Virus record (IMG/VR): IMGVR_UViG_2834368228_000004
Span: 130,706 to 194,705 of that record
DNA length: 64,000 bases
Reading direction: 5' to 3' (one strand)
DNA from: a virus
Taxonomy: Duplodnaviria > Caudoviricetes
The position numbers and the translations under genes were made by a program. The notes beneath the pieces are model-generated. The model saw only the letters and a list, made by a program, of their open reading frames with translations, ran no database searches and was not told the origin of the DNA. Of this stretch, positions 18,435 to 27,572 are shown one piece after another (positions within the stretch are counted from its first letter, which is position 1; every line of letters begins with the position of its first letter).

Positions 18435-21400
18435 ATGGCAACAGTAGGAGAACAATTACTTCAGCCAGAGAGTGGTTGGAGAAGATATGATGATACACAT
18501 GAATCTATTAAGTATCATGACTTAGTAAATATAGGAGCTTCTTTGTCAGGAGCATACAATGGAACTTATTCTTCATACAATATTCCTGAAGGAGAAACAT
18601 TTGCTAGTTTTAAGTTTATTGGCAGTAAGATTAGATGGACTGCAAGAATAAATATAGGTTACTCCGAGAAGGCAGATATATATATAGATGGTAACAATAT
18701 TGGATCTGCAAGTCTTCAAGGAGATAATGCATATCAAATTTTAGTGTTTGATTTTTCAAACTTAGAATACAAAGAACATATCGTAAAGATAGTGCTTCCT
18801 CAAGGTGGTACTGTTAATTTAGATGCTATTGATATAGACGAAACAGGAGAACTCCTTCCACCACCTGCTCAAGTAGGCGACCAACTTCTTGATCCAGAAG
18901 AAGGTTGGAAAAGATATGATGATAGACATCCTGCTATTAAGTATGAGGGAAATTGGATTCGAAGTAATATAACGGGTTACTTTAACGGAACAACTACAGG
19001 GACAGATTCAAATGGCGAGGATTCGTACAGCTTTAAATTTATCGGAACAAAAATAAGACTAGTTGATGCTTTAGCAGAAAATCGCAGTTCAAGTGTTAGA
19101 GTAATAATAGATGGGGTTGAGGAATCCTATTCAGCTTATGGCCCATCAACAGCAAGAGCTACTCTAGTTTATGAAAAAACAGGGTTAGAATTTAAAGAGC
19201 ATACGGTAGAAGTGATAAATAGTCTAACAAGATTTATTGCTCTTGATGCTATCGACATAGACGAAAATGGTAGATTCCTTCATGAATCGGAAGCCCTGAC
19301 ACCAGATGAATTAACAATCGGAAAGCGCATCCGAGCACACTACTCAGCTCCCACAAGTGGTCAAGTAGGAATCTTCTCTAATCTAGGAGAAGAAACATAT
19401 GTAGATGGAATTAATGATTTTATTCCACCAGAAAGTAGCACTACACCTGATGGGGATTTCTATTATATTTGCGTAGATGAATATAATGGGAAGAAGATAC
19501 TTGTTGCAGATCGAAATATTCAACACTCAATTTCCTGGGACACATTGAACAGTGAAGGAATTCCAAATACGGGTTTGCCTATCACGATTGAAGAATATGA
19601 TCCATCTTTATACTCCTTTACTACTCGTCTATTAACAGGGGGAATTTCAAGTTCCGATAAAGACAATGAATGGGATAAATATATTGTAGAAGGAACAGGT
19701 AATGGAAGATATGTAGCGGGTGATGATGAGGTGTGGCATTGGGACATTAGTGTAGGTAATCAAAATACCTGGTTTCCTAGAACATGGACTTCATCAACTC
19801 CGTCATCAAATGCTCAACATCGTGTGTTAAGAGGACAATCTTTATCTGGAATAAGCCCAGCGGGGGTTGATGCTTTTTACACAGCTCTTTCAAATGAAGC
19901 GTCTAATGTTAGAGCTTTCCGTCCCGTCCTAGAAATAGAATCACTTACTCCTCCTTCTATTAATAAATATTTATTTGAAGATAATGGAGAAGTGAAGAAG
20001 TGGGATAGTCTAAATAATATTTGGATTACTATTTCACCTGCTCCAGCAACCGAACAACTCTTCCTAGAACAAGGAATGGATAACTTGGACGAAATAACCG
20101 ATGAAGGATTACAACAACTTGTATCGTCGAGTCCAAAACTACTTCATTATACAGATGATGCAAGTAAAGAAAGTTCTACTATGAGTATACAAGCTGTACC
20201 ACATGGACAATTAGTGTTTCCTGAAGGAGATATAGAGGTCTCTGGGGGAGTAGAAAATATAAATATAAATATAGAATTTGAACCCTATGTGTTTGAAGGC
20301 TTAATACCAACATTAAATTCTAATCAATCTAATATTGGAGAAGTTATATATAACCATGAGTATAGTTCAGGTTATAGAGGATGGATGGCTTTTGACGATA
20401 ATGATAATACCAGGTGGGCTGGTTCAACTAATCCAATAGGATATATCGGTTTTCGTTTTATTGAACCTCAAGTAGTATCTAAATATTACTTTAAAGCATT
20501 AGCTCAAAAGCCATATAACTACCAATTCGAAGGTCGCAATGACAATAGTAATTGGGAAATATTACATGAAGTAAAAGGTGAAACATGGTTGAGCGATGAG
20601 ATTGATAAAACACATATAATTGATAACAATGAAAGCTATTCGCACTATAGACTTCATATTTTAAATTCAAATGAATTCGGCCCTTCTATTTCGGAGCTAA
20701 AAATGTATAAGAAAAATAGTTATTTAAATCTGAATTGCATAGTTAGTCCAGATCAAAGTTTTACATGGTACAGCTTTAATGGAGAATGGCAGCCTATCGA
20801 GCCAACTAAGGAATCAGTCAAACTAAACGGCATGACTCCTGACGTTGTAAGCAACCTTACAAAAGAACAAATTGATTCTCTTTTAAATGGCTCAACCACG
20901 TTACGTTTTGCTTACTACCTGGAACAGGAAGAGTTAACTGACACTGTATACGTAGACACACTCACTATTTCTTCTCCACCGGCAGCAAGCGAAACACCTG
21001 TATTAGAAGGAATAAACTTAACGTACGATGAACTAACCATTGAAGGTCGTATGAAAGACTTAGAGAAAACTAATGCCATCAATATGGCTAAGCTAAATTT
21101 TAAAGCAAATGCATTAATACAATCTGAAAGATACAATCTACATGATTTAGTTATCGACACTTTTGAAGATACTACAGGTGTAGAAAGTATGACCGCTACT
21201 TATAGTAATGAGGAGAAGGCGTTCACAGGTACAGGTGAAGTCATTCTTCTCCCAGAACAGGTGGATGTGTCACCTCATACACTATGGATAGCTACAGAAG
21301 GGAGTAACGATTTAGTCTTTGAATATTTAAGTGATAATCAAACATGGGTAGAAATTGCAGAAAATAACCTCCATGAATTAAATGAAGTAAATATTACAGA

Positions 21401-21470
21401 ACTAAAAATAAAAATTAAACTTCCAAGTAGCAACTCCAAACTTTCAGCAGTTTCAGTTGGTTGGGCTTAA
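18435..21470 (+). CDS. Multidomain fibre adhesin (two tandem beta-sandwich repeats, CLec-like domain, discoidin domain)
   Basis: Two repeats VG(E/D)QLL.PE.GW.RYDD...LDAIDIDE.G; ISWDTLN..NEWD..RVLRG..AFRP; discoidin AFDD..W..FEGRND..YRL. Confidence 0.7.
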   Translation: MATVGEQLLQPESGWRRYDDTHESIKYHDLVNIGASLSGAYNGTYSSYNIPEGETFASFKFIGSKIRWTARINIGYSEKADIYIDGNNIGSASLQGDNAYQILVFDFSNLEYKEHIVKIVLPQGGTVNLDAIDIDETGELLPPPAQVGDQLLDPEEGWKRYDDRHPAIKYEGNWIRSNITGYFNGTTTGTDSNGEDSYSFKFIGTKIRLVDALAENRSSSVRVIIDGVEESYSAYGPSTARATLVYEKTGLEFKEHTVEVINSLTRFIALDAIDIDENGRFLHESEALTPDELTIGKRIRAHYSAPTSGQVGIFSNLGEETYVDGINDFIPPESSTTPDGDFYYICVDEYNGKKILVADRNIQHSISWDTLNSEGIPNTGLPITIEEYDPSLYSFTTRLLTGGISSSDKDNEWDKYIVEGTGNGRYVAGDDEVWHWDISVGNQNTWFPRTWTSSTPSSNAQHRVLRGQSLSGISPAGVDAFYTALSNEASNVRAFRPVLEIESLTPPSINKYLFEDNGEVKKWDSLNNIWITISPAPATEQLFLEQGMDNLDEITDEGLQQLVSSSPKLLHYTDDASKESSTMSIQAVPHGQLVFPEGDIEVSGGVENININIEFEPYVFEGLIPTLNSNQSNIGEVIYNHEYSSGYRGWMAFDDNDNTRWAGSTNPIGYIGFRFIEPQVVSKYYFKALAQKPYNYQFEGRNDNSNWEILHEVKGETWLSDEIDKTHIIDNNESYSHYRLHILNSNEFGPSISELKMYKKNSYLNLNCIVSPDQSFTWYSFNGEWQPIEPTKESVKLNGMTPDVVSNLTKEQIDSLLNGSTTLRFAYYLEQEELTDTVYVDTLTISSPPAASETPVLEGINLTYDELTIEGRMKDLEKTNAINMAKLNFKANALIQSERYNLHDLVIDTFEDTTGVESMTATYSNEEKAFTGTGEVILLPEQVDVSPHTLWIATEGSNDLVFEYLSDNQTWVEIAENNLHELNEVNITELKIKIKLPSSNSKLSAVSVGWA

Positions 21471-21490
21471 AAAGCCCTTCCTTCTTTTTA
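21463..21490 (+). terminator. Putative intrinsic terminator
   Basis: GGGCTT-AAA-AAGCCC hairpin followed by a T-rich tract at the gene end. Confidence 0.5.
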
Positions 21491-21500
21491 TTTGATACGT

Positions 21501-21528
21501 TATAATATTAACAGTGAAATGCACTACA
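21501..21528 (+). promoter_or_regulatory. -10 box plus palindromic operator variant
   Basis: TATAAT at 21501-21506; TGAAATGCACTACA at 21515-21528. Confidence 0.55.
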
Positions 21529-21559
21529 TTATTAAACCACCTTACAGAGGAGGTATTAA

Positions 21560-23512
21560 ATGGACGTAATTAGTTATCAGAAGGCAAGTAAAGCAAAAGA
21601 AGAAATTAGAAACACACAGGATCGACTAGGCATGAATGGAACAGAGCAAGAGTTAGATATACGTGATATTTACAATAATGTCGATGAGCGAATAGCTGAA
21701 TTAGAAAAGAAAAATCCAGAAGTAGAACTATATAATAGAGTATCTGATGTTTCAGCTCACACCATGATTAATTTAAACAAACACAATTTACGTGTAAGCT
21801 CTCTGTTAAATCAATCACGATATAGCTTATCAGACATGATAGTTGATGACTTTATCGATGAATCAGGTATAGACAAAAGTATGTCTGTAAATTATTTGTA
21901 TGATGGTTTAAACAACATCATTAAGATTGCTGAAGGGGAGTCACAAGCAGAAATTGTTACTGTTGTTGAAGAAGTTGAAAATATCCCCTTACAGATAGTT
22001 GTGTCTCAAGCTACAATTGAACAGCATCTTAAATTACAATTAATTAACTTTGAAGATGGAATGCATGACAATACGATAATTAATGGCGATAAAATTGAGC
22101 TAAGAAAGATTGGTCAATATGAATCTCCTGATTTACAAAACCTAATACCAAAAATGACAAGTGATACAAGTCCAGAAGGATTTGTTTTCGCAAGCAGCCA
22201 CTATTCAAATAGATACCCTTGGTTAGCTTTCAATCACGATGGCTCAGATTTTTGGAACACTACAAGTCTAAACAACTATGTTGGATATCAATTTACAGAA
22301 CCTAAGAAGATTGAAGAAGTAGCAATCACAGCAAGAAACGATACTACCCCAGACAGAACTCCAAGTGAATTCATTATACAAGCATCTTCTAATACTACAG
22401 ATGGAACTAATGGAGAATGGGTAGACCTTGTTCAATTTAATAATGAAACAAATTGGGAACTAGGGGAAAGAAGGATTTTTTCAATAGATAATGAGTCTTC
22501 TTTTATAGCTTATAGAGTACTAATTTTAAATGCTGTACGAGCTGATTATCCTTCAATTGCAGAGATTGATTTTTTAGGAAAAATAATAAAAGATATATAT
22601 ATTCCTAATGGAATATATGAATCAAACACTATTGATTTAGGTAATAGTCCAAAGAAAATATCTATATATCAAGATGATCGAAGCTTAGTCCCTAAAATGA
22701 ACTCTTATGCAGACCCAGAGGGGCTTGTCTTTGCAAGTGATTACTACACTCACATTAATGAACCTAGATATCCTTGGTTAGCTTTCAATCAGGAACCATC
22801 AGATTTTTGGAATAGCGAGGGTGTAGGTGGTTATGTTGGGTATAAATTTAAAACTCCTAAAGTGGTTACTAAAATATCTATGACAGCAAGGAATGACTCA
22901 AGTCCAAATAGGACACCTAGTAGTTTTTTAGTTCAAGCATCAAATGATACTACAGACGGACACGATGGAAACTGGTTCGATATTCAAAGAGTATATGGAG
23001 AAAATGATTGGGCACTAGGAGAAATAAGAGAATTTGATATTGATAATAGGAATCTCTATAACGCCTATCGAGTAAAGGTGTTAAGAGCAGATCGGGAAGA
23101 CTTTCCAACAATTGCAGAGTTACAATTCATCGGATATGGAACATTGGATTTAAAAGAAGAGGATATAAATATATCTATAGCTAATTCCTTAGATGATGTT
23201 ATTTTTTCTGATTATGAGTCAATAGGCTCAGATGGGTCAATAAATTCTCCTGATAGATTCATAAAGATAAAAGTAGAACTTGCTGCTGAAGGAGAAAAAT
23301 TAGAAACACTTGTACATGATTTTACAGAAGAAGAGAAAGCTGATTTTGAAGAGAATAATTTTATTGAATTTGATGAAGCAGCTAAATTAAAAACTTCCTA
23401 TAGTGATCCAATGGAAGTAGATACTTATTTTACAGGAGAAGGGGCATTACTAAAAAAGGCTATTAATAAAATTAAATTTAAAGCCATTGAGAAAGTAGAG
23501 GTAATTAAGTAA
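21560..23512 (+). CDS. Fibre protein with two tandem discoidin domains
   Basis: Duplicated L(I/V)PKM.S...PEG.VFAS...RYPWLAFN...RTPS.F..QASN.TTDG..G.W...AYRV. Confidence 0.72.
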   Translation: MDVISYQKASKAKEEIRNTQDRLGMNGTEQELDIRDIYNNVDERIAELEKKNPEVELYNRVSDVSAHTMINLNKHNLRVSSLLNQSRYSLSDMIVDDFIDESGIDKSMSVNYLYDGLNNIIKIAEGESQAEIVTVVEEVENIPLQIVVSQATIEQHLKLQLINFEDGMHDNTIINGDKIELRKIGQYESPDLQNLIPKMTSDTSPEGFVFASSHYSNRYPWLAFNHDGSDFWNTTSLNNYVGYQFTEPKKIEEVAITARNDTTPDRTPSEFIIQASSNTTDGTNGEWVDLVQFNNETNWELGERRIFSIDNESSFIAYRVLILNAVRADYPSIAEIDFLGKIIKDIYIPNGIYESNTIDLGNSPKKISIYQDDRSLVPKMNSYADPEGLVFASDYYTHINEPRYPWLAFNQEPSDFWNSEGVGGYVGYKFKTPKVVTKISMTARNDSSPNRTPSSFLVQASNDTTDGHDGNWFDIQRVYGENDWALGEIREFDIDNRNLYNAYRVKVLRADREDFPTIAELQFIGYGTLDLKEEDINISIANSLDDVIFSDYESIGSDGSINSPDRFIKIKVELAAEGEKLETLVHDFTEEEKADFEENNFIEFDEAAKLKTSYSDPMEVDTYFTGEGALLKKAINKIKFKAIEKVEVIK

Positions 23513-25611
23513 TGAATGAGTATAGACCTGGATTATTGTATGACAAAACAACAATAACAGGAGAGAAAAATATGACTGATGGTGATATAAATACATCTGA
23601 TTTAATTACAAATGAAGGACTTATATTTATATTAGATAAAGTTACTTTTGTAGAGAAAGTATTTATGGCTGAAAGTCATCCTTGGAGAACTAAAGTTGAG
23701 TTTTATCGTGATATCGAATTAAATGAATTAATCACGTACATCGATCCTTCAAACGCAAATATGTCAATAACAGGAGCCTTTTATAATGTACATGCAGATA
23801 AAGTAAAAGCCATTAAAATTCTTTCTGTTTCTGCTGATTTTACTAGAAATATAACGATGTTTGACATCTATGGAGTTCAAGAAGTTCTAGATAAATACCT
23901 CTTCCAAGATGGAGAAGAGATAAAGAAGTATATAGATATTATAGGAGATTATATTCCAGTTATTCCTACAATGTCTTCCAATAACAGCCCTGACGAGTAT
24001 GTTGTAAAGTCTATACAGGGGGTCCAGACTTCTTCTTATGCATATAAAATTTTCGATAATGACAGTGAGACCTCTCCTGGATATAGTGGTGGTAATGGAG
24101 TTATTGCCATTAGTCTTCCTGAAGAAAAAAGAATTCGTTCAACTGAAATTTCAAACATAGGCATTGATAACGCCCCTGACTCGTACATTTTGGAGGGAAG
24201 CAATGATGAGGTAAATTGGGATATATTATTTGAAAATCATGAGTTAACTTGGAATCAATTAGAAGTTAAAAAATTTAATTTCTTTAACGATAACTTTTAT
24301 AAGTATTATAAATTTACTGTCAGTAGGATCAGAACTCCATACACCAGGGTTGCAAGTATTCAAATATATGAGAACAAAACAATTAAGACTTGGCAAACTA
24401 TCGGGACAGCTCCCGCCACCAAAGAAATGTTCGACACTCATGGTATGACTGATCTATCTATAATAGATAATGAAGCTATACAAGGTTTAGTATCAGATAC
24501 ACCAGAGTTATTGTGTTGGACAGATGATAGTATGACAGTAAGCGAAGCTGACATCATACCAAAAATGGGGCCTTCTAATATAAATGAAGACTGTACAGTG
24601 TCAGCTTCTTCATTTAGCGGCAGTGGTGAAAGTTTTGGTCCTTGGAGAGCATTTGATGATAAGAATGATTCCACGGAGGCTTGGCTTTCTAATAATGAAA
24701 ATGCTGGAGCGTGGTTGAAAGTAGAATTCACAGATCCCAAAATTATTAGAAAATATGTGATTGAGTCAAGAAGAGATACCTGGGGAGGAAGAGGTGCACC
24801 TAATTCCTGGAGTTTTGAAGGAAGTCATGACAATGAAGAATGGGTTGTTTTAGACACACAAGTAGGACATGATGATTGGGGAAACTTTGTTACTCGTAAA
24901 GAGTTCAATATAAGCAATAGTGTTTTCTATAAGTATTACAGAATACTCGTATTGTCAACAAATGGAAGTAGCGCCGCTATAGGCGAGATGGAATTATATG
25001 AATTATCTCAAGTAAGTCGAAAAGTTAACTTAACAGCTATCCCACACCCTCAACTACTTCTCCCTAAAGAAAATATAGAAGTAGGAGATATAGAGAGTGT
25101 AAAGTTAGAGTCAACGGTTTCAGATCAAGGAGTACTTAAAATTATTGCAAGTGGAGATAGTGGAAGCAATTGGCATGGTTTATCTGAAGTGATTGGTTAT
25201 GGTAATCTTTCAAATTTGCCTTTAGTAAAAGACATCGGATTTACGCTGGAAGAATTTAATGTTCTTACAAAAGATGAGTTGTCAGCAATCTTCCCAAATG
25301 GAAGAGCAAGATTTGCATTCTATCTAGAGCAAGAATCCTTAACAGACGTAGTGGAAATAAACTCACTCACCATCAATGAAAAGCAATACACCATGACACC
25401 AAGTGTTGAAAGTTTATCTGTCATGTATGAGCTTCTAGAAGCAGATAAGCCCACATTATATGTTTCTCGTGATGATGGGGAAACCTGGACTCAAGTAAAA
25501 GACGATAAATTAACAGATATATCAAGTCAGCCAGAAGGCAATAAGCTTCGTGTGAAAGCAGTATTAGAAAATGGACAAGAAATACATGGATTAAGTTATG
25601 CATGGATATAA
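23512..25611 (+). CDS. Fibre protein with two discoidin domains
   Basis: IPTMSSNNSP..APDSYILEGSND..YKYYK and IPKMG..WRAFDD..APNSWSFEGS..YKYYRI. Scaffold segments (KYLF.D..E.KK, APAT...F...GM, FA.YLEQE.LTD) are shared with 18435. Confidence 0.72.
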   Translation: MNEYRPGLLYDKTTITGEKNMTDGDINTSDLITNEGLIFILDKVTFVEKVFMAESHPWRTKVEFYRDIELNELITYIDPSNANMSITGAFYNVHADKVKAIKILSVSADFTRNITMFDIYGVQEVLDKYLFQDGEEIKKYIDIIGDYIPVIPTMSSNNSPDEYVVKSIQGVQTSSYAYKIFDNDSETSPGYSGGNGVIAISLPEEKRIRSTEISNIGIDNAPDSYILEGSNDEVNWDILFENHELTWNQLEVKKFNFFNDNFYKYYKFTVSRIRTPYTRVASIQIYENKTIKTWQTIGTAPATKEMFDTHGMTDLSIIDNEAIQGLVSDTPELLCWTDDSMTVSEADIIPKMGPSNINEDCTVSASSFSGSGESFGPWRAFDDKNDSTEAWLSNNENAGAWLKVEFTDPKIIRKYVIESRRDTWGGRGAPNSWSFEGSHDNEEWVVLDTQVGHDDWGNFVTRKEFNISNSVFYKYYRILVLSTNGSSAAIGEMELYELSQVSRKVNLTAIPHPQLLLPKENIEVGDIESVKLESTVSDQGVLKIIASGDSGSNWHGLSEVIGYGNLSNLPLVKDIGFTLEEFNVLTKDELSAIFPNGRARFAFYLEQESLTDVVEINSLTINEKQYTMTPSVESLSVMYELLEADKPTLYVSRDDGETWTQVKDDKLTDISSQPEGNKLRVKAVLENGQEIHGLSYAWI

Positions 25612-25627
25612 AAAAGGAGAGAATAAG

Positions 25628-26095
25628 ATGAATAAATTTAGATTTAATAATGGAAAATATGGCATTAATAATGGACATGTTGCTTTATCTTGGGAGAATA
25701 AAGGTGAAGTAATTTTTGTAGACTCATTGAATCGCTTCCTATCAGTTGAAGAATTAGAAGAGAAAATGAAAATATTCCCTGAAGGACATCAAAATAGTTT
25801 GCATGGTACAATCATTTCTAAAATGTTAAAAGAATATTATGAGACAGAATTATACCAAGAGGAAGAAATTGAAGGAGATCAAGATACAGACAAAGTTTCA
25901 CTTTACCCTATTTTCACAGTGTATGACAAAGACAAAAATGAGAAATTCATCGTGAAGAGAAATAAAGACAATGTGTTAATTGAAGGGAAGCTAATTCCTG
26001 AGTTGCAGAATATAGCTTGGAGACCAGTCTTTGACGAGAAACTTATTGCCTTATTTGCTGAATCTGAAAAACAATCAATTTTAGAGGTGAAATAG
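25628..26095 (+). CDS. Hypothetical protein
   Basis: ORF; start moved to ATG 25628 behind AAGGAG. Confidence 0.6.
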   Translation: MNKFRFNNGKYGINNGHVALSWENKGEVIFVDSLNRFLSVEELEEKMKIFPEGHQNSLHGTIISKMLKEYYETELYQEEEIEGDQDTDKVSLYPIFTVYDKDKNEKFIVKRNKDNVLIEGKLIPELQNIAWRPVFDEKLIALFAESEKQSILEVK

Positions 26096-26097
26096 AA

Positions 26098-26367
26098 ATG
26101 AGTAAATATAAAAGTCAATTAAGAATACCAACTGAACAGTTATCAAGAATATTAGGGCTTGAAGAAAAGAGAGTAAAAATTACACATGTTGAATATAATC
26201 ATGAACGGGATCTAATTCAATTTATATTTGAGGGAGAAGAAGAAACTAACTTAACTCCATTAGTCGGTGAGTTTCAGACTATACCTGCTATTAATGGAGA
26301 CTGCTTAAATGAAATATTAACAAATCACTTCAATAAAATAAATGACCAAAGCATTGGTGAAAAATAG
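26098..26367 (+). CDS. Hypothetical protein
   Basis: ORF with GAGGTG RBS. Confidence 0.55.
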   Translation: MSKYKSQLRIPTEQLSRILGLEEKRVKITHVEYNHERDLIQFIFEGEEETNLTPLVGEFQTIPAINGDCLNEILTNHFNKINDQSIGEK

Positions 26368-26391
26368 TCTTACTACAAGAGGTGGTTATAA

Positions 26392-26991
26392 ATGGATATT
26401 CTTTCATATGGAACAGCAAGTAAAGCCAGTAAAGAAGAAAGCAACACACGAAATAAAGTATTAGGAGAGGGAGTTACAGGATCCTTCTCCACCGTAAAAG
26501 AGCGTATAGATAATATTGATAATGCTATTGGAAATGTAACTAAGCAAGCAGATAACTTAATCATCAAGAATGCTGTCAACATTATGAAAGCAAATGCAAA
26601 ATTAAATGCAGTAGCTCAAAGTAAAAAATATGAAATGCATAACATGATATTTGATGACCTACTTGATTTAAGTGGAATTGACACTGAGAAAAGTAGGGAT
26701 TATACACATGATTCAGTGACTGGTCTAATTACAGCTGGTGAAGATTGTGTGATTGAGACGAAAGAAGAGATAACTCAAATAATCCCTGAACAAATTGTTT
26801 TACACATCGAACACGTAGGAACATTGCTATGCTCCATATCCCGAAACAATGGGACTACATGGGAGTCAATTATTCCAAATGAGCTCTTCTATTTTAATGA
26901 TTCTGTTAGTTTATCAGGTAATAAGATTCGCATTAAGGTGAAACTGTCAGTAAGAACAAAGCTATTAAATTACGCCTTAACTTGGACATAA
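26392..26991 (+). CDS. Fibre scaffold paralog without a lectin insert
   Basis: MDILSYGTASKA N-terminus and the NIMKAN..Y.MHNMIFDD..D.SGID motif are shared with 21560 and 18435. Confidence 0.65.
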   Translation: MDILSYGTASKASKEESNTRNKVLGEGVTGSFSTVKERIDNIDNAIGNVTKQADNLIIKNAVNIMKANAKLNAVAQSKKYEMHNMIFDDLLDLSGIDTEKSRDYTHDSVTGLITAGEDCVIETKEEITQIIPEQIVLHIEHVGTLLCSISRNNGTTWESIIPNELFYFNDSVSLSGNKIRIKVKLSVRTKLLNYALTWT

Positions 26992-27006
26992 GGAGGAAAA
27001 CAAATA

Positions 27007-27456
27007 GTGGTTAGAGAACACATTAGTTTCATTCCCGCAGAAAAGAAAGAACAAAAACAAATAGAAAGTATGATTAAGACTGGTGAAATTAATCATAGTA
27101 ATTATAAGACGTTAACACCAGGACAACAAGAAGAAGTTAATGAAATTTTATTCAATATTGCTGAAAGCCAAATCACCCTAAGTCAAGGAGTATCTGCTGT
27201 TGAATTTGTTTTATATGCACATATTCGATTAATGCGTAAAAAAGTTGAAGGGATAGCATTGTCCGCTCAAGATAAAAAGATTGAAGAAGGGTTACAAAAA
27301 GTGTTAGACCTTCATGAGATTACAACAGAAAATATTTCAATCGATGATTGGCTTTTTGATTATATGTCATATGCTGAAAATGCAGCGAAGAAAATACTTA
27401 AAAATCGAGAAGAACATGTTTTACGTAAAAGAAATGTTACTGGACAGGTTCAATAA
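27007..27456 (+). CDS. Hypothetical protein (possible fibre assembly chaperone)
   Basis: RBS AAGGAGG; helical; last gene of the fibre cassette. Confidence 0.55.
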   Translation: MVREHISFIPAEKKEQKQIESMIKTGEINHSNYKTLTPGQQEEVNEILFNIAESQITLSQGVSAVEFVLYAHIRLMRKKVEGIALSAQDKKIEEGLQKVLDLHEITTENISIDDWLFDYMSYAENAAKKILKNREEHVLRKRNVTGQVQ

Positions 27457-27498
27457 ATGATTAACGGCTTTCCTTAAAAAAGAAATAGTTATTTAAAT

Positions 27499-27534
27499 AA
27501 AGGTGTACTTGCTGTATCGTCAAGTACACCTTTT
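27499..27534 (+). terminator. Intrinsic terminator (13-bp perfect stem)
   Basis: AAAGGTGTACTTG-9nt-CAAGTACACCTTT followed by T. Confidence 0.75.
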
Positions 27535-27536
27535 CG

Positions 27537-27560
27537 TGTTATAATTGTAATGCATTACAA
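27537..27560 (+). promoter_or_regulatory. Extended -10 promoter overlapped by a perfect 16-bp palindrome
   Basis: TGnTATAAT at 27537-27545; TTGTAATGCATTACAA at 27545-27560. Confidence 0.65.
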
Positions 27561-27572
27561 GGAGAACGGAGT

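Noticed and set aside
17293-21470. Complete diversity-generating retroelement
   Set aside because: CLec-like domains are present, but no reverse transcriptase and no TR/VR repeat pair is visible in the window.
1457-22070. Weaker palindrome-like matches at 1457, 7202 and 22057
   Set aside because: Two or more mismatches inside coding sequence; plausibly chance, so not counted.
27545-27560. Palindrome as a CcpA cre site or Spo0J parS
   Set aside because: It lacks the central CG of cre and does not match TGTTNCACGTGAAACA.
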